NCBI GenBank assembly: GCA_965209055.1
Contig: OZ242374.1
Span: 1,248,001 to 1,312,000 of the forward strand
Direction of reading: 5' to 3'
DNA from: Acidobacteriota bacterium
GTDB taxonomy: Bacteria > Acidobacteriota > UBA6911 > RPQK01 > JAJDTT01
Length of the DNA stretch: 64,000 bases
Shown: positions 9,260 to 18,433 of the stretch, piece by piece
How the letters are laid out: each line of letters opens with the position of its first letter
Position numbering within the stretch: position 1 is the stretch's first letter
Notes under the pieces: model-generated
Told to the model about the DNA's origin: nothing
What the model saw: the letters and a program-made list of their open reading frames with translations, nothing else
Databases searched by the model: none
Program-made: the position numbers and the translations under genes

Positions 9260-10456
9260 TCAGCGCGCCAACATGCGGATGCAGACCGGCATGGGGACAT
9301 CCGCCGTCTGGCCGTTGGCCTCCAGCGCTCCGGTCTGCGAGTCGATCCGGAAGACCACCACGCTGTCCGAGTCCTGGTTGGCCGCCAACAGCCAGGTCCC
9401 CGTGGGATCGATCTCGAAGTTCCGAGGCGTCTTCCCGCGGGTCGGTTCCTGGCCCCGGGCCGTCAGCCGGCCCGTCTCCTGGTCGATGGCAAAGGTCGCG
9501 ATACTGTCGTGTCCGCGGTTGGAACCGTAGAGGAAGCGGCCCGAAGGATGGACCCGCACTTCGGCGGTGTGAGTGACGCCCTCGAAACCTTCGGGAAGCG
9601 TGGTGATGGTCTGAATCGGATCCAGCGTCCCCTTCTCGCCATCGTAACGGAAGGCGGTCACGGTGGAGCCCATCTCGTTGATGACGTAGCCGAACCGGCC
9701 GCTGGGATGGAAGGCGAAATGGCGGGGTCCCCCACCGGGATCGACCGGGACCGAGGCCGGCGTATTCGGTTCCAGTTCTCCCGTTCCGGCGTCGAATCGA
9801 TAGACCAGGACCTCGTCCGTGCCCAGATCTGCCGCCACGGCGAACCGGTTCTCCGGATCCAGGTTGATGCTGTGGGCCCGGGGACCCGTCTGGCGCACCG
9901 GGTCCACGCTGGAACCTTCGTGTTGGATGACCGAAATTGCAGGGCCCAGGCGGCCTTCGGAATCGATGGGGAAGGAGGCGACGCTTCCCCCCGAGTAGTT
10001 GGCCAACAGCAAGGTGCGTCCGGTCCGGTCCACCACCAGGTGGCACGGAATGGCGCCCTGCGAAGGCTGCAGGTTCAGGAAAGAGAGTTGGCCACTGGAA
10101 GAATCGATGGAATAGGCGGAGACGGTCCCCGTCTTGCCGCCCTCGAACTCACCGACCTCGCTGACGGCGTAGAGATGGCGGCCGTTGGGGTGGAGCGCCA
10201 GGAAGGAAGGGCTTTCGATACCCGAGACCACAGAAAGGCGTTCCAGAGCCCCCGATTCGGGATCCATCCGGTAGGTGTAGATCCCTTCGCTGCCGGTCCT
10301 GGTGTAGGTGCCGAAAAAGACGAGCAGATCGCCTGAGCTCTCCGGTTGATCCATGGTTTTCACCTCTTCCCGAGTGCAGGATGCGGCCCCGCCCATCAGG
10401 ATCAGCAGGACCACACCAAGATTCTCCCATCGTTTCCGGGCCGGCCGACTATTCAT
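9260..10456 (-). CDS. pgl: 6-phosphogluconolactonase-type 7-bladed beta-propeller lactonase, probable lipoprotein
   Basis: GTYT, PSFL, ANYSGG, RAHS, DLGTD, GPRH, SNRGHDS and TPRNF motifs; lipobox-like AASC. Confidence 0.85.
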   Translation of the reverse strand: MNSRPARKRWENLGVVLLILMGGAASCTREEVKTMDQPESSGDLLVFFGTYTRTGSEGIYTYRMDPESGALERLSVVSGIESPSFLALHPNGRHLYAVSEVGEFEGGKTGTVSAYSIDSSSGQLSFLNLQPSQGAIPCHLVVDRTGRTLLLANYSGGSVASFPIDSEGRLGPAISVIQHEGSSVDPVRQTGPRAHSINLDPENRFAVAADLGTDEVLVYRFDAGTGELEPNTPASVPVDPGGGPRHFAFHPSGRFGYVINEMGSTVTAFRYDGEKGTLDPIQTITTLPEGFEGVTHTAEVRVHPSGRFLYGSNRGHDSIATFAIDQETGRLTARGQEPTRGKTPRNFEIDPTGTWLLAANQDSDSVVVFRIDSQTGALEANGQTADVPMPVCIRMLAR

Positions 10457-10603
10457 GGCGCCTCCACTTGGTTTGGCATAACGAAAACGTGTCCAGGAGG
10501 GCCCCCGCACGGGGTGCCGCTACCCGCCCTCATGTTACCCTTTTCCGTCACTCCCGTCGGTCCCGGTTCCCGGCGGGCGCAACCCGAACTTTTCGAGGAA
10601 ATC

Positions 10604-12205
10604 ATGCGGAAATCAATACTCAGTTCCATCGGCACCGTCACCGCGATCGTTCTCCTGATCGGCTTGGCAGCCCCGGACCAGGCCGGGGCGTCGTCCCACG
10701 CCGAACGGATCAAGGGGGGACGGGAGCTCCACGACCCCGGACTGCACCTCTTCCTGGACGACGAAGAGGTGCAGGACCGGCCCGGATTCAGCCGGGTGGT
10801 CAAGAATCCGACCCGGATCCGGCGCGATCCGGTGTTGGTTCCCGACCGCCCCTGGGAAGGGCACGCGTTGCAGCTCTGGGGCTCGGTCCTCTACGACCGG
10901 GAGGAGGGGATCTTCAAGATGTGGTACTTCTCCGCCAACACCCCCATGTACCGCCGCACGGGGCGCGGATACCTCATGTGCTACGCCACTTCCAAGGACG
11001 GCATCGTCTGGGAGAAACCGAACCTGGGGCTCGTGCCGATCGACGGCTCGGCCGCCAACAACGTCGTCTACCCCACGCCGGAAGTGCCCGCCTCCTGGGG
11101 CCTCGACCCCTGGGGCGTGGTCAAGGACCCTGACGAGCCGGACCCGGCGCGGCGTTACAAGATGGGCATGTACCAGCAACGCCCCACCGGCGCCGAGTCG
11201 GACCTGGAGCGCCCCGGCATGAATCGGGAGGAAAAGAACCGGGCGCGGAAGGTCTTGTTGCAGGCCATACGGGACCGGCACGGAATGTACGCGGCCTTCT
11301 CTCCCGACGGGATCCGCTGGACCCTGGGAGAGGAGATCCTGGTCCCCCGGGGCGGCGACGCCGGGGCGATGGTCTACGATCCGCTGGGCCGGCAATACCT
11401 GGCCACGACGCGGCGGTTCGGAACCATCATGGATCACTTCGTGGTGGAATGGAAAAGGTACCGCCGCGTCATCGCCCTCTCCACCAGCAAGGACTTCGTC
11501 CATTGGACCCCGCTGAAGACGATCCTCAAGCCGGACGACCTGGACCATCCCCGGGACCAGATGTACGTCATGACCGCCTTCGCCTACGGAAACCAGTACA
11601 TCGGGTTCATCGGCATGCTCCACTCCTCCACCGAGCTGGGGCCGACACAGCTGGCCAGCGCCCGCGATCTGGCCCACTGGCGCCGGGTCGGACGCCGGCA
11701 GGAATTCCTGCCGGTGGGCGCTCCCGGAAGCTGGGACGGGGCCTGGTCCACGCCGTCGGGGAATCCGCCGGTCCTGAAGGGGAACGAACTCTATCTCTGG
11801 TATTCGGGCCGTCCCCAGGCCCATGGCACCTCCGGAATGTGGAAGAGCTCCATCGGGGTCCTGACCCTGCGCAAGGACGGTTTCGTGGCGCTGCGCAGCG
11901 GCATCCGGGGCGGCGACGTCATGACCGAGGCGGTGACGGTCACCGGCCCCAAACTCTACCTCAACGCCTACTCCTTCTTCGGCACCGTCCGGATCCGGGT
12001 CATTCACCATGGAGCGGTTGCGCCCGGCTATGCCTTCGAGGACTGCAACGGCCTGGAAAAGGGGGACGAGACCGATTTTCACGTCACCTGGGGTCCCGGC
12101 CGCAAGGACCTTTCCGCCTTTGTGGGCGAGAAGGTGCGGCTTCACATCCAGTCGGACAACGCCACCAGCCTCTTTTCCTACCGCTTCGCCGCGGCGGACG
12201 ACTGA
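10604..12205 (+). CDS. Secreted five-bladed beta-propeller glycoside hydrolase-like protein
   Basis: Signal peptide, PDRPWEG, FKMWY, YATSKDGIVWEKP, SPDGIRW, TSKDFVHW and LRKDGFV repeats. Confidence 0.7.
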   Translation: MRKSILSSIGTVTAIVLLIGLAAPDQAGASSHAERIKGGRELHDPGLHLFLDDEEVQDRPGFSRVVKNPTRIRRDPVLVPDRPWEGHALQLWGSVLYDREEGIFKMWYFSANTPMYRRTGRGYLMCYATSKDGIVWEKPNLGLVPIDGSAANNVVYPTPEVPASWGLDPWGVVKDPDEPDPARRYKMGMYQQRPTGAESDLERPGMNREEKNRARKVLLQAIRDRHGMYAAFSPDGIRWTLGEEILVPRGGDAGAMVYDPLGRQYLATTRRFGTIMDHFVVEWKRYRRVIALSTSKDFVHWTPLKTILKPDDLDHPRDQMYVMTAFAYGNQYIGFIGMLHSSTELGPTQLASARDLAHWRRVGRRQEFLPVGAPGSWDGAWSTPSGNPPVLKGNELYLWYSGRPQAHGTSGMWKSSIGVLTLRKDGFVALRSGIRGGDVMTEAVTVTGPKLYLNAYSFFGTVRIRVIHHGAVAPGYAFEDCNGLEKGDETDFHVTWGPGRKDLSAFVGEKVRLHIQSDNATSLFSYRFAAADD

Positions 12206-12267
12206 CGCCTCTTGGTTTGTCCTCCCCTCGAACGTATTCTCGTGGGCGGTATGCGGAGACCAACGCT

Positions 12268-13194
12268 ATGAGCCGGGACCCAGGCGCTCCAAAGCGGACG
12301 AAAGCGGGAATGCTGGGTGCCGTGGACATCCCCTGGAACGCCGATTTTTCCCTGGACCAGGAGCATTTCCGGGGGCTGATCCGGCGGCTGCAGACGCTGG
12401 GAGCCGGGCGGCTCTACATCATGGGGACGGCGGGCGAAGGCTACGCCATGTCGGACACCCGCTTTTGCGAGGTGGTGGACGTTTTCGTGGAAGAGATGTC
12501 CGGCTCCGGCATCGAGGCCCAGGTGGGGGTCATCTCCCTGGCCATGGAGCAGGTCGTGGAGCGGCTGGAGTACGCCCACGCCCAGGGAGTCCGATCGTTT
12601 CAGATCTCCCTGCCCGCTTGGGGAGCGCTTGAGGACGCGGAAATGATGGGATTCTTCAAGACCGTCTGCGGCCGGTTCCCCGATTCCGACTTCCTGCACT
12701 ACAACCTGGTTCGGACCAAGCGCCTCCTCACCGGCGACGACTACCGGAGGATCCTGGACCAGGTCCCCAACCTGGTGGCCAGCAAACAGAGCACCACCGA
12801 CATGAACCGGGTCCGGGACTGGATGGTCAAGGCCCCCGAGATGCAGCACTTCATGCTCGAGACCTGCTTCGCCTATGCCTGCCAGTTCGGAGAGTGCTCC
12901 CTTCTCTGCAGCATGCACGGGGCGTTTCCCCGTCTGACCCGCGAGTACTTCGCCGCCGGCCGGAAGGGGGACATCGCCCGGGCGCTGGAGATCGCCGAAA
13001 AGTTCAGGCGCCACGGGGAAGGCCTCTTCGGCCACCTGAACCGGCCCATGATCGACGGTGCCTACGACAAGCTGATGGTCTGGCTGACGGACCCCACGTT
13101 TCCCATTCGCCTGCTGCCGCCGTACGGGGGGTTCACCGACGAAGAGGCGAAGATCAGCCAGGATTACTACCGCAGTCTGCGCGGCGAGGCCTGA
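12268..13194 (+). CDS. Dihydrodipicolinate synthase/N-acetylneuraminate lyase family protein
   Basis: GTAGEG, HYN and ASKQS (Schiff-base Lys); start ATG 12268. Confidence 0.78.
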   Translation: MSRDPGAPKRTKAGMLGAVDIPWNADFSLDQEHFRGLIRRLQTLGAGRLYIMGTAGEGYAMSDTRFCEVVDVFVEEMSGSGIEAQVGVISLAMEQVVERLEYAHAQGVRSFQISLPAWGALEDAEMMGFFKTVCGRFPDSDFLHYNLVRTKRLLTGDDYRRILDQVPNLVASKQSTTDMNRVRDWMVKAPEMQHFMLETCFAYACQFGECSLLCSMHGAFPRLTREYFAAGRKGDIARALEIAEKFRRHGEGLFGHLNRPMIDGAYDKLMVWLTDPTFPIRLLPPYGGFTDEEAKISQDYYRSLRGEA

Positions 13195-13196
13195 AC

Positions 13197-14048
13197 ATGG
13201 GGAGCCACCGGACCTACAACGGCGTTGCCATGCCCGAGTTCATGTACGGGACCGCCTGGAAGAAGGAGGAGACCACCCGCCTGGTCAAGCTGGCGGTCTC
13301 GAGCGGCTTCACCGCCATCGACACCGCCAACCAGATCATCCACTACGACGAGGCCCGGGTCGGGGACGCCCTGCTGGATCTGAGCCGCCAGGGAATCGAG
13401 CGGGAATCCCTCTTCCTCCAGACCAAGTTCACATCCGCCGGAGGCCAGGACCACCGGACCCCTTATGACGCGTCCGCGGACATCACCACCCAGGTGGGGC
13501 AGTCTTTCCGGAGCTCCCTCCGGCATCTGCACACCGACACCCTGGATTCGTACGTCCTGCACGGTCCTTATTCGCGAATGGGGCTGGGGGCGGAGGACTG
13601 GGAAGTCTGGGAGGCCATCGAAGGGATCTACAAGTCGGGCGGAACCCGCGTGATCGGGATCAGCAACGTCAGCGCCGAACAACTCGACGAACTCTGCCGG
13701 AAGGCCGAAGTCAAGCCCATGGTGGTGCAGAACCGGTGCTTCGCCGTCCTGGGATGGGACTTCAGGGTCCGGGAGATCTGCCGCGCCCACGGGATCGTCT
13801 ACCAGGGCTTCTCGCTCCTGACGGCCAACCGCCCGGTTCTGTTCCACCCCCGGGTGCGGGAGATCGCCGGCCGTCTGGGGGTCGGCCCCGCCCAGGTGGT
13901 CTTCCGGTTCGCCCTGGAGGTGGGGATGCAGCCCCTCACGGGCACCAGCAGCCGGGACCACATGTTGGAGGACCTGGCGGTTCGATCGTTGCGGCTCTCC
14001 CGGGAAGAGACCACCTTCATCGAGGCCATTGCCCTGAGCCGGCCCTGA
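13197..14048 (+). CDS. Aldo/keto reductase
   Basis: YGTAWK, IDTAN, FLQTKF, SYVLHGP, IGISN and VQNR motifs. Confidence 0.85.
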   Translation: MGSHRTYNGVAMPEFMYGTAWKKEETTRLVKLAVSSGFTAIDTANQIIHYDEARVGDALLDLSRQGIERESLFLQTKFTSAGGQDHRTPYDASADITTQVGQSFRSSLRHLHTDTLDSYVLHGPYSRMGLGAEDWEVWEAIEGIYKSGGTRVIGISNVSAEQLDELCRKAEVKPMVVQNRCFAVLGWDFRVREICRAHGIVYQGFSLLTANRPVLFHPRVREIAGRLGVGPAQVVFRFALEVGMQPLTGTSSRDHMLEDLAVRSLRLSREETTFIEAIALSRP

Positions 14049-14062
14049 GCCGGGTGACGCCC

Positions 14063-15391
14063 CTACGCCCCTCGGGGGATCGCCCAGTGGCCCTTCCGGT
14101 AAGTGCGGGCCAGCAGGGCGTCCGCTTCCTCGTCGCCGGCGATCCGTTCCTTTTCCGGATCGAAGCGGAAGGATCGGCCCACCCTCACGGCGATGTTGGC
14201 CAGGTGGCAGAGCGAGGTGGACAAGTGCGCCGTTCCGGCGCCGGCCGTGAGCTCGGCCTGCCCCCGTATCGCCTTCACCCAGGTCAGGAAGTTGCTGGTC
14301 ATGTCCATTCGCGGGGTCACGCCCGGACGTTTGTCGAGCGGCTTGTTCTCTTCGTCCCAGAGCTGGAACCGGCCCCGGCGGCTGAACATCATCTTCCCCC
14401 CGGTCCCCAGAAACTCGACGCCGCCGTCCACGTCGTAGGGATGGTTGGCGGACCAGATCCTCATCTCGAACACCAACTGCCGGCGCTCGCCGACTCCTCC
14501 GTTGCCGGGATAGTCGAAGGCCGCGGTGACGGTGTCGGGGAACTCCTGGTCGTCGTCGAAGTAGAACTTGCCACCGGCTACGGCCACCCGGGCGGGATGA
14601 ACGTCCAGCCCCAGGCCCCAGCGGGCCATGTCGAACTCGTGGACGCCGTCGTTACCCAGATCGCCGGTGCCGAAGTCGTACCACCAGTGCCAGGAATAAT
14701 GGTGCCGGTTCTTCTGGAAAGGGACCCTGGGAGCCGGCCCCAACCAGAGGTCGTAGTCGAACCCGCCCGGCGGCGGGCCGGGCTGCTCGCGGCCGATGTT
14801 GCGCCGCTTCTGGACGTTCCAGGCCTTGGCGACGAGCACGTCTCCGATGACGCCCTCGTGGAGCATCCGGACCGCCTCGACGAACCCCCGGCTGCTGCGG
14901 GCCTGGGTCCCGTGCTGGAGGACACGCCCGGAACGCCGGGCGGCTTCCATCAGGAGACGGCCTTCGCGGAGATTGTGGGAGCAGGGCTTTTCCAGGTAGA
15001 CGTGCTTTCCGGCGTCCAAGGCCAGGATCGCCGCCGGGGTGTGCCAATGGTCGGGGGTCGCGATGGTCACCGCGTCGACGGACGTGTCGTCGAGAATCCT
15101 GCGCAGGTCGTCCACCGGCTTGGCGCCGCCGGCCTCGGTGGAGGCCTGATTTCGCCGCTCTTCGTCCGGGTCGCACACGTAGGCGATCTCGGTGTTGACC
15201 CCCTGTGGGAACCGGCCGATGTGGGAGCGCCGCCCCTGTCCTCCGCAACCGATGACCGCGAAGCGGATCCGGTCGTTGGCGCTGGCCGCGGCGGCCGGGA
15301 CTGAGGTCAGAACGGGGGAGGCCGCGGCAACGGTGGCCACTGCCCCGGACCCCTTCAAGAATTCCCTTCGATTGACTTCACCTGTTGTCAT
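14063..15391 (-). CDS. Tat-exported Gfo/Idh/MocA oxidoreductase
   Basis: NRREFLK leader, IGCGGQG, ATPDHWH, YLEKP, WLGPAP and GNDGVH motifs. Confidence 0.9.
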   Translation of the reverse strand: MTTGEVNRREFLKGSGAVATVAAASPVLTSVPAAAASANDRIRFAVIGCGGQGRRSHIGRFPQGVNTEIAYVCDPDEERRNQASTEAGGAKPVDDLRRILDDTSVDAVTIATPDHWHTPAAILALDAGKHVYLEKPCSHNLREGRLLMEAARRSGRVLQHGTQARSSRGFVEAVRMLHEGVIGDVLVAKAWNVQKRRNIGREQPGPPPGGFDYDLWLGPAPRVPFQKNRHHYSWHWWYDFGTGDLGNDGVHEFDMARWGLGLDVHPARVAVAGGKFYFDDDQEFPDTVTAAFDYPGNGGVGERRQLVFEMRIWSANHPYDVDGGVEFLGTGGKMMFSRRGRFQLWDEENKPLDKRPGVTPRMDMTSNFLTWVKAIRGQAELTAGAGTAHLSTSLCHLANIAVRVGRSFRFDPEKERIAGDEEADALLARTYRKGHWAIPRGA

Positions 15392-15478
15392 TGCGCCTCC
15401 TCTTCCCGCGGCGGCCGTCCGGCGCCGAAACCGGAGCGGCTCTGCGAACTCTCAAAATCGTCGTCCTACTCTACACCT

Positions 15479-15505
15479 GCGAGAACGGGACTGTCCCCGT
15501 CTCGC
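15479..15505 (+). repeat. REP-like hairpin, copy 1 (GCGAGAACGGGACTGTCCCCGTCTCGC)
   Basis: Stem GCGAG/ACGGG pairs with CCCGT/CTCGC around the core GGGACTGTCCCC. Confidence 0.75.
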
Positions 15506-15619
15506 GCTCTCAAGCCGCGCCGCAGATGGGAATGACGTTTTCTTACAATTAATTTATGACCTTGTAGTCAACGATATCCTGCCGGATCGAGGCGAACGCC
15601 GAAAGGAGGGGGATGGCCG

Positions 15620-16573
15620 ATGATTCCAGAACCACCACACCGCGAATTCCAATTGAAACTCCTCGGTTGGACAGGCCCCGAGGCCGAGTGGATCGCCTTG
15701 GTCTGCCGGCATAGCGGCCTGTTCACCCACTCCCAATTCTGCAGCTACCTGCACGCGCGGCCCCATCGGGCGCGCCGGTTCGTCCGCTGCTTGCGGGATC
15801 GCCGCCAAGCGGTCGAAGAGAATCTGGCCAGTCTGCCGGCTGCCGCCCGGCCCTGCCGGATCTCCGGCAAGGCCATCTACCGCGCCCTGGGCATCGAGAA
15901 CGTGCGCCATCGCCACACCGCCTCGGGTCCCGTCCTGTTGCGGCGGCTTCTGGCCCTTGATTACATCCTGGAGCACCCGCAGGAGCGTTGGCTCACCTCC
16001 GAACAGGGAAAGGTCGCCGTCTTCGATGACTTGGCCATTCCCCGCCAACTCCTCCCCCGCCGCTATTGCACCCGGAAAGAGACGGTCTGGGTCCGGTACT
16101 TTCCCCAGGAGCTCCCCATTTCCATCAGCCCCGGGAAGGCCACTTTCGTCTACGCGGAGTCCGGTTCCGGCAGCGGCGGGAACCTGGTTTCCTGGGGATC
16201 GGCTCACGCGCCACTCTGGCGGGCATTGCAACAGAACGGAATCCGGATCCGGGTCGTGGCCGTCGCCCGCGACGATGCCGGATCGGCACGGGACAATCGG
16301 ATCTTGCGCCGTTGGACCCAGGGGCAATGGCCCAAGGCCTGCCGTCCGCTTGCGTCCGACGAGGAACAGGAGATGGAAGAGATCCGTCTGGCGTTCTTTC
16401 GGAGTGACTGGAAGGCGCTGGAACGTTGGGGCGGACCCCAATCGGCCCTCTTCCACCAACGCGAACTGAAACGCCGGGCGGCGTTCGAGAACACGGAATC
16501 GGGATTCCGGATCGACCGGGCCGACTCCTGGCGCTCACGACGATTGTCGTCCCCGGGGACTGACCCCAGTTGA
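15620..16573 (+). CDS. Uncharacterised 317-aa protein, possibly a winged-helix/replication-relaxation-like mobile element protein
   Basis: AAAGGAGGGG RBS; GWTGPEAEWIALVCRHSGLFT, IYRALG, LRRLLALDYIL and RYFPQELPI blocks; a decayed paralog lies in the same island. The fold assignment is inference. Confidence 0.65.
   Translation: MIPEPPHREFQLKLLGWTGPEAEWIALVCRHSGLFTHSQFCSYLHARPHRARRFVRCLRDRRQAVEENLASLPAAARPCRISGKAIYRALGIENVRHRHTASGPVLLRRLLALDYILEHPQERWLTSEQGKVAVFDDLAIPRQLLPRRYCTRKETVWVRYFPQELPISISPGKATFVYAESGSGSGGNLVSWGSAHAPLWRALQQNGIRIRVVAVARDDAGSARDNRILRRWTQGQWPKACRPLASDEEQEMEEIRLAFFRSDWKALERWGGPQSALFHQRELKRRAAFENTESGFRIDRADSWRSRRLSSPGTDPS
16555..16567 (+). repeat. Variant hairpin copy GGGGACTGACCCC inside the last codons of the 317-aa gene
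   Basis: One mismatch to the GGGACTGTCCCC core; GGGG/CCCC stem. Confidence 0.5.
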
Positions 16574-16606
16574 TTCGCGTTGCGGGCGTCGATTCCGGAG
16601 GCCGCG

Positions 16607-17149
16607 TCAAAATGCGTAGCCCACGGCGACCGTGGAATGCACCGCGGGAATCAACCCGATACGGAGTTCCGGGGCCACGAAGATACGCTTGCTCAAGAAC
16701 AGCCGGAGGCCGAACCCTCCGGTGAAGTTGAAGCTTCCCTCCTTGCGCCACTCGAACTCCGGGAGCGACCGGTCATAGTAATGCTCCACGTTGGGTTCCC
16801 AACTCCGGTACCGGGTGAATCCGAACCCGACCACCAGGTAGGGATTGATGCGCCGATCCGGCGAAAATTCATACTCCACGATTGGAGTCGCCAAGAGGGC
16901 GCGCCTCTTGTAGTACCTGATGTTGCCGAACAGGTTCGCATTCAGGACTTCCACTCCAACCCGGAAATTCCGCCCGGCGGCAACGGTGACGGCTCCGCCG
17001 CCCAGCCAGGCGTGGGGAGGCGTGTCTTCCAGTCCCAGGGTGTAGCCGGCCTCTCCCCGCAGGTTGATCTTGCGTTCCTGCCCGAACATCGGTTGCAGGA
17101 TCAACGACGAGATTGTGACGCAGTACAGGATCACGCGTGCGGTTGTCAT
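16607..17149 (-). CDS. Outer membrane beta-barrel (porin family/OmpW-like) protein
   Basis: Signal peptide, RINPYLVVGFG, GGFGLRLFL, alternating beta-strand pattern and terminal GYAF; GGAGG RBS. Confidence 0.72.
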   Translation of the reverse strand: MTTARVILYCVTISSLILQPMFGQERKINLRGEAGYTLGLEDTPPHAWLGGGAVTVAAGRNFRVGVEVLNANLFGNIRYYKRRALLATPIVEYEFSPDRRINPYLVVGFGFTRYRSWEPNVEHYYDRSLPEFEWRKEGSFNFTGGFGLRLFLSKRIFVAPELRIGLIPAVHSTVAVGYAF

Positions 17150-17160
17150 GGGTGCCTCCT

Positions 17161-17631
17161 TCAGCGGCGTTTCGCAAATCCCAGGTAGACGGAGAAACGA
17201 AGGTTGGGCTCGAGACCCAGTCGGAACTGGGGCGAGATGAAGAATCGGTCATTGGCCCAGACCTTGACTCCCATCCCCCATCCCAGTCCGCCCAGACCGA
17301 GCACGCGGGCGCGATGCCAGTTGATGCCGCCTCCCAGGAGCGTGTAGAGAACGGCGTTGCGCGAGGGTCGCGTCAGGTCCTTGACCAGGTTCATGATCAG
17401 CATGTGGTCCTGATGGGTGTTGTCTGTCATGAACGAATATTCGGGCTCCACGGCCCAGCCCCTCTTCCCGAAGTAGTAGCGGCAGGAGGCTCCGGCCGCG
17501 ACGTGCCGGCGAGCCTCCCAGAAACTCGCGGTCCCGAAGTGGAAACGGAGTTCCGGCGCGCGCGGTTGCGCCTCCAGCGACGGGCAGGCGAAGACGATCA
17601 TCAAAATGGAAATGCGTCCGGCGACCTTCAT
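17161..17631 (-). CDS. Outer membrane beta-barrel protein, paralog of the adjacent gene
   Basis: Signal peptide; GMGVKVWANDRFFISPQFRLG resembles GFGLRLFLSKRIFVAPELRIG of the neighbour. Confidence 0.65.
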   Translation of the reverse strand: MKVAGRISILMIVFACPSLEAQPRAPELRFHFGTASFWEARRHVAAGASCRYYFGKRGWAVEPEYSFMTDNTHQDHMLIMNLVKDLTRPSRNAVLYTLLGGGINWHRARVLGLGGLGWGMGVKVWANDRFFISPQFRLGLEPNLRFSVYLGFAKRR

Positions 17632-17784
17632 ATCGATCCTCCCGCGAAACGACGGCTACCGGTAAATGTGATTTTTCCGCCTGAGTTGGCTCACGGAGTT
17701 CGTTCAGGTGAGAACCGTCCGGAGGGTGCGAATGTTGTCACCGGCTGGAGCCGCGGGAGGAATCCGGCGCTGATCCTGACGCGT

Positions 17785-17815
17785 GCGCGAGAAAGTGACT
17801 GTCCCTTTTTCGTGC
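17785..17815 (+). repeat. REP-like hairpin copy (GCGCGAGAAAGTGACTGTCCCTTTTTCGTGC)
   Basis: Core GTGACTGTCCC at 17795-17805 with complementary flanks. Confidence 0.75.
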
Positions 17816-17889
17816 GCCACTCTGCGCGTCACAACGGGGAGATTCTGGGAGAGCGCGAGCGATTCTGTACCTTGGATTAGTAGCATCGG

Positions 17890-18066
17890 CGTCTGGCGGA
17901 TGCCGACAATGCTGAGCAGATTCTCCTTGGTAGCCGCGCCTTGCGCGACGAGGGCCGCGACGGCGCGGCCCACCTTCTTTTGGTGGCGACCCAGAAAGCT
18001 TGGCTACTGCGGCGGGGTGAAGACACCGCCGTGGTGGCAGGCCAGGGCAATCAGTTCGGTTCAGCC
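17890..18066 (-). pseudogene. Decayed N-terminal fragment of a paralog of the 15620..16573 protein
   Basis: Translates [48 protein letters not shown] versus GWT..EWIALVCRHSGLFTHSQFCSYL..RARRFVRCL..QAVEENL; stops at 18061-18063 and 18004-18006. Confidence 0.7.
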
Positions 18067-18248
18067 GGATCGTGGACGCCTACCACATTTGGCGGACGGG
18101 AATGGAGGACGGCGGCGCAGATGTTCCGGGCTTCTGCAAGGGCACCTTCCTGGTCGAGGTGCGCAAGCACGGTCACGTCCTTATGCCGGGTCGCTATGTT
18201 AATGTGGAGCCATAAAAGGATGGCGGTGAGCCGTTCGAGGAGAATCTG
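18066..18248 (+). pseudogene. hsdM: C-terminal remnant of type I restriction-modification methyltransferase HsdM
   Basis: Translates [10 protein letters not shown]...[42 protein letters not shown], matching the HsdM C-terminal YHxWR/DVPGFCK/HVLTPGRYVG/DDGEPFEE consensus; internal TAA at 18213-18215. Confidence 0.8.
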
Positions 18249-18433
18249 GTTGCGGTGAGGTTTCAGCCTTTGGCCATGGACGAATGACCAGCTATGCCAT
18301 TCTGCGATCCGCCGCTCGAGTGGTCGGATGGGCAAGGATCTCTCGGAACGGGGCTGCTCCTCGGCACACCCCCTGTTAAACAGTTCCGGTCGCGCAGCAT
18401 CCTACAGTCTAACCGAATCTTAGACGATAGCCC

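Noticed and set aside
17980-17990. TTGGTGGCGAC resembling the tRNA-Ala 3' end (TTGGTGGAGAC) as an att duplication
   Set aside because: Only 10 of 11 nt match, and it lies within the coding frame of the pseudogene; likely chance.
18407-18425. GTCTAAC...TTAGAC inverted repeat as an integron attC site
   Set aside because: Far too short and lacks the GTTRRRY core; at most a small operator or hairpin.
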